Origin: Sphaerodactylus townsendi
Lineage: Eukaryota
Direction: 5' to 3'
Length of the DNA stretch: 64,000 nucleotides
Assembly (NCBI RefSeq): GCF_021028975.2
Contig: NC_059435.1
Location: 78,616,001 to 78,680,000, forward strand
In this document: positions 34,320-46,100 of the stretch, one piece after another
How the letters are laid out: every line of letters begins with the position of its first letter
Numbering within the stretch: the stretch's first letter is position 1
Made by a program: the position numbers and the translations under genes
The notes under the pieces: model-generated
Database searches by the model: none
What the model saw: the letters and a program-made list of their open reading frames with translations, nothing else
Told to the model about the DNA's origin: nothing

Positions 34320-35080
34320 GGGGGTGACGCAGACAGCCCGCCCTCCGGCCGGACAGCGCCGCCGAAAGCAGAGGGGGCGCAGGTGTGCCCCCCTCCCGCC
34401 CTCCCTCCCTCCCTCGCGGGCCGTGGCCCTGGTGGGAAGGGGGTTGCCGGGTCGCTCCGCGCCGCCCTCGGCCTACCTCGCTGGGTTGTCGCCTGCTCTC
34501 GTGTTCCGTCGGGCCGGCGACAGCCCGGTGAGGTAGGCCGAGGGCGGCGCGGAGGCGCCATGCGGACCGCCAGCCTGGGGGGAGAGGAGTGTGTGTGTGT
34601 GTGGGGGGGGGGGGGTGAGCGAGGGCCTTGTGAGGGCGAGTCACGGCCGGGCTTCCTCCTCGCCAGCCGGGCAGCATAAAGGCGGGTGGCGGCGGGGCCG
34701 GCGGGGCGGCGCGGCGGAGGTGAGCGGGGCGGGGGGCGCGTGTCCGGGCCGGCTGGGGCCGGAGCGGCGGCGGTGGCCGGGTCGGGTCCGGGCGCCTGTT
34801 GCTCTTGGGCGCCGGCTGGCCGTCGGCCGCCGCCAAGAGCAACAGGGCCTCGCCCGCCTCCGCCCGGCAGGACGCCGCCTCCGCCGCCCGCGAGGAGAGC
34901 AACGGGGCTGGGGGGGAGGGATTGGCTGAACGCCCCCCCCCCCCGCTTGGAAGATGCTTGGCAAAAGACCGGGAAGGACGTCCTGGCCGTCGGAGGCTTC
35001 CTGGGGAGGGTCGGGGGGGGGGGCTGGCAACGAGGGGCCGCCTGCCCGGATGCCCGCCCGACGCCACTTGGGGACCGGGA
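34320..35080 (+). promoter_or_regulatory. CpG island, likely SLC4A2 promoter and non-coding exon 1
   Basis: CpG-dense block just upstream of the ATG-bearing exon at 35301. Candidate donors are GAG|GTAGG (34533) and GAG|GTGAG (34720). Confidence 0.7.
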
Positions 35081-35399
35081 AGGAACCCCCCCTCCTCCTC
35101 CAGGTCGGATTGGCCCAAACTCCTGGAGGGTTACTTTTGGAGGGTTTTCCTGGGTTGTGCAGACTAGATGACCCTTGGAGATCCCGTCCAGCTCCGTTTC
35201 GATGTTTCTAGGCTTCTCCACCCTCACGCCCCCACCCCCCGCTGCCGCCCACGGGCACTGACTGGCGGCTGCCTCTTCTCTTCTCTGCCCCCGGTTCCAG
35301 GTTATGGTGCTCCCGTTCCACCCTCTGAGGCCCAGCGAGAAAGAGAAAGGCTGAGGAGGGATCACCCCCCCCCCCCGCCCCGCACGTCTCCTGTCCATC

Positions 35400-35450
35400 A
35401 TGAGTCGCTCCCAGGGCTCCTCCGAGCTCCACCGCATGGCCTTCAAGGGG
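35400..35450 (+). CDS. SLC4A2: SLC4A2 exon 2 coding part (AE2a N-terminus MSRSQGSSELHRMAFKG)
   Basis: Exon 35301-35450 has a polypyrimidine/CAG acceptor and a GTGAGT donor. It carries 17 codons in phase 0, as human AE2 exon 2 does, and resembles the chicken AE2 N-terminus MSRSPVSSELHH (recalled). Confidence 0.78.
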
Positions 35451-35771
35451 GTGAGTAGCATGGCTGGAGTGTCACCAGAACCAGACCCGCTGGGTGGGGC
35501 GGGGGGGGCACCTGCCAGAGGGTGAAGAGGTCTCTGCCACTCTAGGGCAGCGGCTTTGGGGGCAGGCCTTGGGGGGAGGGGGGGGCTGTCTGCCCCCCCC
35601 CCCCCGCTCGATCTGTGCTTGCTTGGGACAGTCAGGGTGGAACCTTATAGCCCATTTAGGGGGGGGGATGGTCTGGCTGTCCGTGGGGGTGGCCATTCTT
35701 GGGTTGGTTCCTCTTGGTGTGGGGTGAAGCAGGTAGGGGGACTCTTCCTTCTGGGCCTTGAACAGTTCGGG

Positions 35772-36390
35772 ATGTCAGAAGAGCCCTGCTGGGTCAGAGC
35801 AGTGAGGGGGGCCCATCTAGTCCAGCTTCCTGCCAAGTCATAGACCACTGGCTCCCTCTCCTGGGCCAACAGCACTGACAGAGAAGCCCCTCCTGGCCTG
35901 CTTCCTGGCTCTGGGGTCCAGAGGTTGACTGAAGGGGGAGGCTCCCATGGCTGGGAGGCCCTGTCAGACTCTCATCGGGGAATCTGTGGAGCTCCCTTGG
36001 AAAGCCGCCTCTACCTGTGCCCAGGAGCACCTCCCCCCACCCCCAGGCAGCGTCTGAATCCCTGGCTGTGTGAGGAAGCATTTCCTGGGGCCCTCCTGAA
36101 TTTGCTGCCCATCCTCTTCAAGACCTGGTATTGGGGGAGAGGGAGGAAAAACAGCCTTTCTCAACTGCCTCCACCGTGTGCCTAATGTTACGAGCCGGGA
36201 TCCCCTCTCCCCTTAGCTTTCCTGTTCTTAAAATGACAAACCCCAGACTCTCCAGCCTCTCCCCACAGAAAAGGGGTTCCAGCCCCCTCATAGTCTTGGC
36301 TGCCCCCGTCTGCACCTCTTCCAGCTCTGAAGTGCATTTGGAGATACGGGGACCAGAAGAAGCACACGGTATTCCAAACGGGGGCTGCAT
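35772..36390 (-). mobile_element. CR1-like LINE 3' fragment
   Basis: Minus ORF ...ELEEVQTGAAKTMRGLEPLFCGERLESLG resembles the CR1 ORF2 end, with a CCATCTAGTCCAGC 3' UTR motif. Confidence 0.75.
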
Positions 36391-38076
36391 TTCCCCTCCA
36401 TCTCCCCCGCTAAAATAAAGGAACTTGGGAAGACTCTGCTAGTTGAGTTTGGGCTCGGGGGTGGGGGTGGGGGTGTCCAAGGGAGTAGTGCATGCTGGGA
36501 TGTGTAATCCCTCCATACCTGAGCGGGAGGCGCCAGCGCATGTCCCTCGCAGGAGAGTGCTGGGACCGGAAAGCCCCTGGGAAGCTGCAGGAGGGCGCTC
36601 AGAGCCCCGTGTCCGTGGCGGCTGGTTGGCTGCAGTCTGGCCTTCCGTGGAGCCTCCCTGGGGCAGCCCCAGAACCAGTTCTCGGTTTCCTGCGTTCTGC
36701 CAGAAATGGACCAGTGCCTCTGAGCATGGGCCAGGTTTCTCCCCAGAGGCTAACAGGCTGCCACCACGCTTTGCATCTTGGGAATGACACTTCTTGGTTG
36801 CCTGCGGAGGCACCCCCTCGGGGACTTCTGTCCCATCTTGCCAGCCCCCCCCCCCCCCCTGAAGGCCCCATCCTGAGGTCTGAGCTGGAGGGAAGGCAAA
36901 AGGTTGGCATGGAGTTAGGGGGTCGGAACGCAGCACCCACGGGCAGATTCTGTGCTGAGCAGAAGAGTTGCCGGCTTCTAATTGCTGCCCGATCGCCCCT
37001 TTCGCCCCCTGCAAGGCGCCAGAGGTGGCCTCATCCGCACCCCACAGAGGCTGACTCCCAGACGGGCCCTCTGCTGCCCAGTGGGGGGGAGGGGCGCGCA
37101 CTTCGCGGGAGCATCCTGCCTGCCCCCGAAGCAGCTGCTGCTGAACAGCGTTTGCGGGCCTTGACGTGGGGCAGCTGGTGGCCGGGCGGGCGGGCTCTAC
37201 CTGCCGGGTCAGGGGTCGGCGAGCGGGCCTGTGGTGCCCAGGCAGGGTCTTGGCGAAAAGGGAGGGGCCGTCGGGGGCTGGCTTCGGTTCCGGAAATGCC
37301 CCCTGCTGCACACCTCTGGGGCCTCCTCCAGGTGGGCACTACATGGCACTGGATGGATGCCCTGGCCTTTTTTGGGAGGGGGGCTTCCTTGGAATGCTGC
37401 AGAGCCTGACCCTCTATGGAGCCTAGCCCCCCCCCCCCATACACACCTCTTGCCTCTCCCTCCTCCTCCTGTCTGGGCAGGGCCTGGGGGGGGGGGGTCC
37501 TTGCCTTTGGCCAGCCACTTTTGTGTGGAGGGGACAGCCCCCCCCCCGCATGCTGGTGTAGCGGATCCTGCTCCCAGGTGCAGCCAGTGGTGCTGCTGCG
37601 GCTGTGCTGTGTGAGCACGTGGCTCTTGTTTGCTAATAACACAGTGCCAGGCAGGCAGGCAGGCAGGCAATGCGGGGTGTGGGGAAGGGCGGGGGGAAGA
37701 GAGCTGGAGGTCTGAGTGAGGCTGCCCCCCCCCCCCCGGCCTCCTTCCTGTGATCGCCTGGGTGTGGCTGCCTTCGGACAGCATGCCCCAAGGTGGGCTG
37801 GCGGGCGCTTGCGCTTGGGTGGTGGCTCCGAATGCCAGCCCCCCCCCACCCCCATCTCAGCAGGCTGTAGTGGGTGACACAGTCTTCTTGAGCCGTGGTT
37901 CTGCCAAGGGGGGGGGCATCAGCTTCCACCTGTGTCCCAGCCCTGTTTTTAGCCGCCCCCCCTGACGATGGTGATGGGAGGGAAGCTGCAGGGATCTCTG
38001 GGCCTGAGCTGAGCAGCTTGACAGCTGGGGAGGGGAGGGGAGGGGGGGCTGTTTTGCCTTCTGAAATCTAGGCGTG

Positions 38077-38116
<40 letters not shown>

Positions 38117-38959
38117 AAGAGCTGCTGTCTTGTTTCTTCATTACAGCACTAAGATCCCAGCGTCCCTCTTGCTTCAGGGCTGCTGACCAGCGTAGCTAAA
38201 CATTCCAGCTAAAACCAAAGTTCAGACGGCCAGACCCGAAAGCCTTCCCCCCTGACAAGCTGCCGGCCATTTCATTTCGGAGCCCCTGAAGAGCCCTGGC
38301 AAACAGGCAGACTGTGCATCGCCCCTGAAGGCCTCCCCCCCTTTAGGGTGCCCCTGCCAGAGCTGGGGCTGGGATGGGAAAGGCCCGGGCTCCGGTCAAC
38401 AGCAGATGGGCCATCCCACGCGGCTGCCAGCGGAGGGCTGCCTGGTGACCGTAGTTGGCGCTCAGGGCCCCAGAGAAGGAGGGCAGGGGCTTCAAGATGG
38501 CAGCCAGCCCCTGGAACTGCTGAGCTGGCAAGCAGACTGGCAGCCGGCCAGGGGCTCCTCTGTGTGCAGAAGGCAGGCAGAGGTGGGAGCCGTGGCTGCT
38601 CCGGGGAGGCTTGTCTGGTAGCTGTTTGGCCCTTGCCCCTGCCAGGCAGGTGGCAGCACGGGGGGGGGCAACGGGGGGGGGGCTGGGAGGTCATGGCCAC
38701 CTGCCTCTGGCTGGTGATGAGCAGGCCTTGTGCTTGGCTCTGCCTCTGCGGCTGGCAGCCATGTTGTGAATGGACCCAAATGTGCAAAGTGGCCACAGGC
38801 CCCCAAAGGCTCCTGCCCTCTAGCCTTCAAGGAGGCACGAGGACCCCCTCCCCCTTTGAAAGGCTGGGGGTGTTGTCATGTGATGAGATGAGAGCACGTT
38901 TCCCCCTGGCCAGTCCGTTTTTTGACTGCACAGATGGAGGGGGGAGCCTTTTCCTCTCT

Positions 38960-39347
38960 GCCAGTGTTGTCAGTACTAGTCTGTATTTTTTATCTATGAC
39001 TTGAATGACGGCATAGAGGGCATGATCATCAAGTGTGCAGATGACACCAAATTAGGGGTGGTGGTGACAGGGTCAGGATTCAAAATGACCTGGACAGATT
39101 ATAGAGAGCGGGGCCAAAACTGACAAAATGAATTTCAACGGAGATAAATGTAAGATTCAACACTTAGGCAGAAAAAATGAAATGCACAGATATAGGATGG
39201 GTGACATCTGACTTGTGAACGGTGCACGTGAAAAGGATCCGGGAGTCTTAGCAGACCACAAACTGAACATGAGTCAGCAGTGTGATGCGACGGCCAAGAA
39301 AGCCAATGCGATTCTGGGATGCATCAATAAGAGTATAGTGTCTAGGT
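38960..39347 (+). mobile_element. CR1 fragment, abruptly truncated at a MITE
   Basis: KCADDTKLG...[30 protein letters not shown], colinear with the CR1 at 62665-63589 up to GTGTCTAG. Confidence 0.9.
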
Positions 39348-39495
39348 CAGGGGTAGGGAACCTGCGGCTCTCCAGATGTTCAGGAACTACAATTCCCATC
39401 AGCCCCTGCCAGCATGGCCAATTGGCCATGCTGACTGGGGCTGATGGGAATTGTAGTTCCTGAACATCTGGAGAGCCGCAGGTTCCCTACCCCTG
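39348..39495. mobile_element. Palindromic hAT MITE with discordant TSDs
   Basis: CAGGGGTAGGGAACCTGCGG...CCGCAGGTTCCCTACCCCTG forms a 148-bp hairpin. The flanks are GTCTAGGT and GGCTAGTC. Confidence 0.92.
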
Positions 39496-39932
39496 GGCTA
39501 GTCCCAGTTCTCTCAGAACTCTCTCAGACTCACCTGCCTCACGAGGTGTTTGTTGTGGGGAGAGGAAGAAAAGGAGCTCCTAAGCCACCTTGAGTCTCCT
39601 TGCAGGAGAGAAAAGGGGGGGGTATAGAAGAAGAAGAAGAAGAGTTTGGATTTATATCCCCCCTTTCTCTCCTGCAGGAGACTCAAAGGGGCTGACAATC
39701 TCCTTGCCCTTCCCCCCTCACAACAAACACCCTGTGAGTGGGGTGGGGCTGAGTAAACTCCGAGAAGCTGTGACCTTGCCCAAGGTCACCCAGCTGGCAT
39801 GTGTGGGAGTGTACAGGCTAATCTGATTTCCCCAGATCAGCCTCCACAGCTCAGGCGGCAGAGCGGGGAATCAAACCCGGTTCCTCCAGATTAGATACAC
39901 GAGCTCTTAACCTCCTACGCCACTGCTGCTCC
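39496..39932. mobile_element. Two tail-to-tail Squam3-like SINEs: 5'-truncated (+) 39496-39626 and near full-length (-) 39626-39932
   Basis: Both share the SINE core CACCTGCCTCAC..GGTGTTTGTTG. The (GAA)n tail of the minus copy abuts the plus copy. Confidence 0.82.
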
Positions 39933-40126
39933 TATAAATCCAAACCCTCCTTCTTCTCTGGGCATCGGCTCAGGTGAGGGTCAGGCAGGTGCTGGGATCT
40001 CTGCTTCAGGTCTCCCCCCCATCCACTGCTGAAATCGGACTCCGTTTGGCAAGGTTCCCACACTCTAGTGAAGGTGGGGGGCAGTGTTGCCTGCCCTGAT
40101 GCGGTTGGGGGGTCTCTGTCTTGCAG

Positions 40127-43100
40127 CTCAGAGGGGTCTGAGCGCAGCATCATGGAGGGGCCCTGTGTGGCCGAGGGGGGCTCTCCAGGGCGCTCCCTCA
40201 GCAAGTCCCAGCCAGGCCACCGCAGCTACAATCTGATCGGCAGCATGACTGGCGTGGAGCAGGCCCGCTACCAGAAAGTGCCCACCGACGAGTCCGAGGC
40301 TCAGACACTGGCCTCGGCTGACCTGGACTACATGAAGAGTGAGTGTGTGTGTGTGGGGGGGGGGGGGGGGGGGGGCACATGGACTTCCCCAGCCAGAGGC
40401 CTCCGCCCAAACCCTTTGAGAAGGGGGAGGTGGGCTTCCCCATGCAGGCCATTCCTCTCCCACTGGCTGGCCCTGACCCCTCCCTGTGCCGAAATGCGCC
40501 CAAGTGAATCACGTGGTGGGTTTGTGCACTTGACACTCTTTCTGCTTTGCTTCCGCTCTGTTGTCAAACTTCTGGTTGGTTGTGCCCCCCTGCGGTGTGG
40601 GCTCAGTTAATCCAAAGGCCCATCCGGTGACTCCTAGGGACTTTCTCCCCGTCGTCTGCCTCGTGTCCCGGTGGAGAAAGGCTGCAAGGAGCCCCTTCCG
40701 GACTCCTCCAGTGCACGACCGGCCTGGCTGCAGTGAGGCTGGCTGTCCGGCCTAGAGGGAGGGAGGGAGGAGCGGCCGCTGCCTTCCAAGGCTGCACTGG
40801 GGCAGGGGAGCCCTGGCTGAGCCTTCCCAGCATGGTGGCAGCGCCTGCAGGGTTTGCCCGCCTGGAGCTTTGCGAAGGGTGCCTGGCATCGGCTGGTGCA
40901 GGAAACCAAGAGAAGAGATCGGCGGCACTTTTGCTGGGAAAGAGGGCCGCTCCGAAGGCCTTTCCCCTTGCGGATCCCGGCCAGTTGCGAAATTAGAGGC
41001 CAGCGCTCCGAAGCCCACAGGTTCAGCTGCTGGGGGTAGCCAGACTTCGGCTGGGCAGATGGGCTGGGAAGCCCCCCCCCCCTTTGCCCTCTGGGAAGTG
41101 GAACTCAGAGCAGAGCCCCCACCTGGCACACAGGAAGCCAGCCTGACCCCATCTGGGTCTCTATGCTGAGCCGTGGGGGGGGGGCAGAAGATGGGGTGTG
41201 GGGGGGCGGAGCTGGCTTTCAGGCGGAACGTGGCATTGCAGGGCAGAGGGCACGGGGTTCTCCCTGCTCACAGAAGGAAGGGGGGCCGGGAACTCCCCAG
41301 TGTGAGTGGAAGCGGCTTGGCCCCTGTTATCTCACACACACACACCCCGCCCGCCCCCAGTCTCCTGAATTTAGGACCTGGCCCAAAGACGCAGTTGTTC
41401 AATGAAGGGGGACACGCGCGTGCGCGCACACACACACACGTGTGAATAACAGCCCCACCTTGGATGCCTGAGCCACCTCGGGGATCTCCTTAACAAGCCA
41501 GCCCTCCCCCCTCAAATGCCCACAGCTCTTTCTGCTCCATCGCTACAGGCCACCGGTTCGAGGACGTCCCCGGAGTGCGGAGGCACCTCTTTCGGAAAAG
41601 TGCCAAGGGACAGGTGGTGCACCTGGGCAAGGACCACAAAGAGCCCAGCGCACGGCAGCGCAAGCACGACCGGCAGCCCCACGAGGCGAGTGGCTGTGCT
41701 GGCGGGGGGGGGGGGGGCAAGCCTTCCACATTCAGAGACCGAGGACCTTTGTATGCCTTCTGCCGGGGGGGGGGGGCGCCAGGGGGAAGTCAGGTGTATC
41801 CACAGTGTGCTTTCCAGAACGCCCAGGTGTGGGGACAGGATACTGGGCTACAGGGACCTGCCCCACCCTGGGAGAAGTTGCCCCGTCTCAGATATCCTGG
41901 TCACATATGGATGGATGGATGGTCCTCTGCTTTTTTTGGGGGGGGGGACATCATTGTGGTGGGTGCAGCCCCAAGATGTACAAAGACGTGGACAAGAATT
42001 TGTGTGCTCTCAGGAAGAGGCCTACTGATGGCTATCTTTTGGGGGAGGGGCCAGGATTTGCCTTACAGGCTCTGCTAGGGAGCTGCCCCCCCCCCCAATG
42101 AGAGGCTTGGGGGTTCTCCCCTGCAGTTGACTCCTCTGGAGCAGTCTGGCCTGTCCACATTCTCCCTCCCTCCCTCCTCCAGCCTATGGAGGGAGAGGCA
42201 CGCACGGTGGGTCACCTGTAGAGGGTCACCTGTGGAAGGGCTCCGGGGGGGGGGGCTTTTTGCTCCATCCAGGGAGCTCTTCCAGGAGGGGCCCTTGCGC
42301 CCGCCTGCACACCCGAGGGTCTGATCTCTGGCGGATCTCTGGCTCAGGTGTTTGTGGAGCTGAACGAGCTGGTTCTGGACAAGAACCAGGAGATGCAGTG
42401 GAAGGAGACGGCGCGCTGGATCAAGTTTGAGGAGGATGTGGAGGAGGAAACGGACCGCTGGGGCAAGCCACACGTGGCCTCGCTCTCCTTCCGCAGCTTG
42501 CTTGAGCTGCGCAGAACCCTGTCGCACGGTAAGAGGAGGGGGGGGGTCTCCCGGGGTCAGCAGGCCCCCATCCCACTGTCCTTGCAAGGGGCAGGGAGGG
42601 GCTGCCCCCCAGAAGGCAGGTGGCTACAGCTGCTCCTCCTGCTCGTTCCAGGAGCCGTCCTTCTCGACCTGGACCAGAAGACGCTGCCGGGGGTGGCGCA
42701 CCAGGTGGTGGAGCAGATGATCATTTCCGACCAGATCCGTGCTGAGGATCGTGCCAACGTGCTGCGAGCCCTGCTCCTCAAGCACAGGTGAGACCCACGG
42801 GGGTGGACCCCCTGGCCCTCCTGCCTCCTAGGGGTCAAGGGGCATTCAGACCCCTGCTAAGCCACAGAGCACCAAGCCCGCAGAGGTGTGGTGGGTGGGC
42901 GGGCGGGCGGGCTCCTGCAGGGCCTGGCAGCAGGCGAGAGGAGGGGAAGGAAGGCCTGCTGCCACGGCCTTGGGAGGGCGAGCCACTACAGACTCGGGGC
43001 TTCCCTTGCAGCCACCCTTCGGACGAGAAGGACTTCTCCTTCCCCCGCAACATTTCAGCTGCTTCCCTCGGCTCGCTTCTGGGCCATCATCACAGCGCCA

Positions 43101-46100
43101 ACCATGTGGGGGAGGGGCCTGAGCCGGCCGTCACTGACCCCCTCATCGGAGGCCACTCCGGGGAGCACGAGACCCGGGTGGACATCGACAGGGAGGTGAG
43201 ATCCCCTCCCTGCACACCTTCTGGACCAGCGCCTGCCTGGCTCTCTTGAGGCCGGAGTGTAGCTGCCGCTGTTGGAAGAGAGGCAGGCTTTGGGGAGGTT
43301 CTGCCGGGACACTTGGGCTGGGAAGAGGTCACCATCCCCGCAGCCTATGTCCATGAGCGGCAGAACTGGGGCAGCCAAGAAGCTCTCTCCGTGTGGAGGT
43401 GGGATGTGGGTGAGGGCGGGGCTAAGAAGTCCCCCTGCCTGCAGGGTCCTCACACCCACGTCCTTCTGTGCAGAGGGAGGCCTTGTCCCCCACCCTCCCC
43501 GGCAGCATCACCAGGTCCAAGTCGAAGCACGAGCTGAAGTTACTGGAGAAGATCCCAGAAAATGCTGAGGCCACCGTGGTGCTTGTGGGTAAGGTGCTGC
43601 GAGGTCAGGGCACGCTGCCGTCCCCAGCTGAGTGGGGCAAGGGGGCACCAGTGCTCTCGAGGGGCTCGGGCGGAGTCTTGGGCTCCAGCCTCTCTCACCC
43701 GGATGCCCTCCGCTCGCTCGCAGGCTGCGTGGAGTTCCTGGACCAGCCCACGATGGCCTTTGTGCGGCTGCAGGAGGCCGTGCAGTTGGACGCTGTGCTG
43801 GAGGTGCCCATCCCGGTGCGGTTCCTCTTCGTGCTGCTGGGCCCGAGCAGCACCAACATGGACTACCATGAGATCGGCCGCTCCATCTCCACCCTCATGT
43901 CTGACAAGGTAGGCCCTGCCTGGTCCCCCACCGGCTCCCTGCCCTCCTGCGCGTGTCCCCTCGCCTCTCTGCTCAGCCTCCTCCCGTGTGCCCTCAGCAA
44001 TTCCACGAGGCTGCTTATCTGGCGGATGACCGGCACGACCTGCTCAACGCCATCAACGAGTTCCTGGACTGCAGCGTGGTCCTGCCGCCCTCTGAGGTGC
44101 AGGGCGAGGAGCTCCTCCGGAGCGTGGCCCACTTCCAGCGCGAAATGCTGCGGCGGAGGGAAGAGCAGGAGCGGCGCCTCCTCCTTGGGCTGGCTGCGGA
44201 GCCCAAGTCGCCAGAGGAGAAAGGTGGGTGGCAGAAGGGATGGCCCGCAGGGCAGGGCTGGCGCACAACTGGCCTGGCCTCTGCCTGCCTGCCCCCCCCC
44301 CCCCCCGCCGGGCTCCCCCTGTGGCTGATAAGTGGCTGGAGCATCTGAGGCTGCTTCTTAGGCTAGGAAAAAGAACTGGGGGGGGGGGACGAGGGTTTGC
44401 AACCACCTGCATTTTGTAAGAAAAACAGATGGGGAGCTCCCCCCCCCCCCGGTTTGTGTCCCGACTGTGGAGATCTTGGGAGCAGGGGGGTGGGGTGGGG
44501 GGCTGTCTGTGTGTCCTCTTGGGCAATTGTCAGGGTTCCACCAGAGAACTACTCAGTGTGGAGCCCACGCAGATCCATCCTGGGGAGGGACAAGGGTTGG
44601 GCTCTAGCACTTTCCCCCCACGCCACAGTCCTCTTTGTCTGCGAGGGGCGGGTGGGACACCCCCCCCCCCGCCTGCCTGCCTGCCAGCCATGCCTCCCTC
44701 CGCCTGCTTAGCGCTGCTGAAGCTGAAGATTGTGGAGGAGGAGGAAGACGACGATCCCCTACGACGCACCGGGCGCCTCTTTGGGGGCCTCATCCGGGAC
44801 GTCCGGCGCCGCTACCCCAAGTACCTGAGCGACTTCCGGGATGCGCTGAACCCGCAGTGCGTGGCTGCTGTGATCTTCATCTACTTTGCCGCGCTCTCTC
44901 CGGCCATCACCTTTGGAGGGCTGCTGGGTGAGCACACGGGAGAACGGGGGACACGAGCAGAGTGGCCCTTCGCAGCCTCCCCAGAGAAACATTGTCCCCG
45001 GCAGGAGAGGAAAATCACAGCAATGCAAGAAAGCGAAAACTGAGCAGCACCAACGACAGGGCTCAGTTCTGGCTGCCTCCACCCCTGAGTCCACACACGG
45101 GGGCTTCTCTGGAAGGACCCAGGCTGGGATATGGGGGCTCACTAGCCCTAAAGCCAGGCCTGGCCCCGCCCCACCAGCCTGGCCCATTTTCAGCCGGCAG
45201 AAAGCTGTTTTCTGCAGACTGGAAAAGGTAATGGGGCTGGGGCCGCAGGGGGGGTGGAATGCTGATAGGCCAAATGCCCAGCTGAGCATGGATCTGAGGG
45301 GAAGGGGAGGTACAGCAATCTAAGAAATGAAATGAAAGACGTTGCTGGCAGGAGCTGGAGTGCCACATGCCTCCAAACTCAAGAAGTTAGGTTTGCAACC
45401 GAGTAAACGAGGAGAACAGCAGCCAAAGAACCAGATCGACGCCCCAAGTCCAGCGTCACCCTCGGGTGCAGGCCAGGCCTAGGGCAGGAGTTGGAGCGGG
45501 AAGTCTCTCTCTCTCTCTCTCTCTCTCTGACCTCCAGGCAGATGTCTGTATTGACTGCTGGGTCAGATCCGTTGGGGCCCATCTAGTCTGGCAGACTTCT
45601 CACTGCTGCCGGGCGCAGTCTGCCTTCCTTGCTGGCACGCAGGGCGGATTGCAAAGTCCTCACAGCAGTGCAATAAACACGCCACAGCCCAGCACTGACC
45701 ATAAGCCAGGCAACAGAGCAGGATGGCAGAAACAAAGAACAAACTCAATGCATGAAAACGCTGCCAGGTCTCCAATAAGTGGGAGCAGCAGCAGCCTCCA
45801 GGCGAGGAACAAGGCAGCAGCGTGGAGGGAGAGGGCAAAGGGAGTGCTGGTGGGGGTGGGGGCTTGAACCAGAGCTAACCTGGCCTGCTCTGAGGAGTTG
45901 CTGGCGTAGGCTACGGGGCAGGTCACTACACATACCCAGTGGGGTCCCACTTTGTCCCTGACCACACAGAGGCTACGAGGCCAGTGCTCTCTGCCACGCC
46001 TGCAATGTCAGACGTGCAGTTCCTCATTCTGCCCCCCCCCTCCAGGCGAGAAGACTCAGGGGCTGATCGGGGTCTCAGAGCTGATCATCTCCACCTCCGT

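Noticed and set aside
33953-35461. 502-aa minus-strand ORF
   Set aside because: CpG-island artefact antisense to the SLC4A2 promoter, with no domain or compositional support.
36845-36960. Acceptor-like CCAG followed by a Pro run as a candidate SLC4A2 exon 3
   Set aside because: The translation lacks the LGVERFEEIL/GEEDFE signature in any frame.
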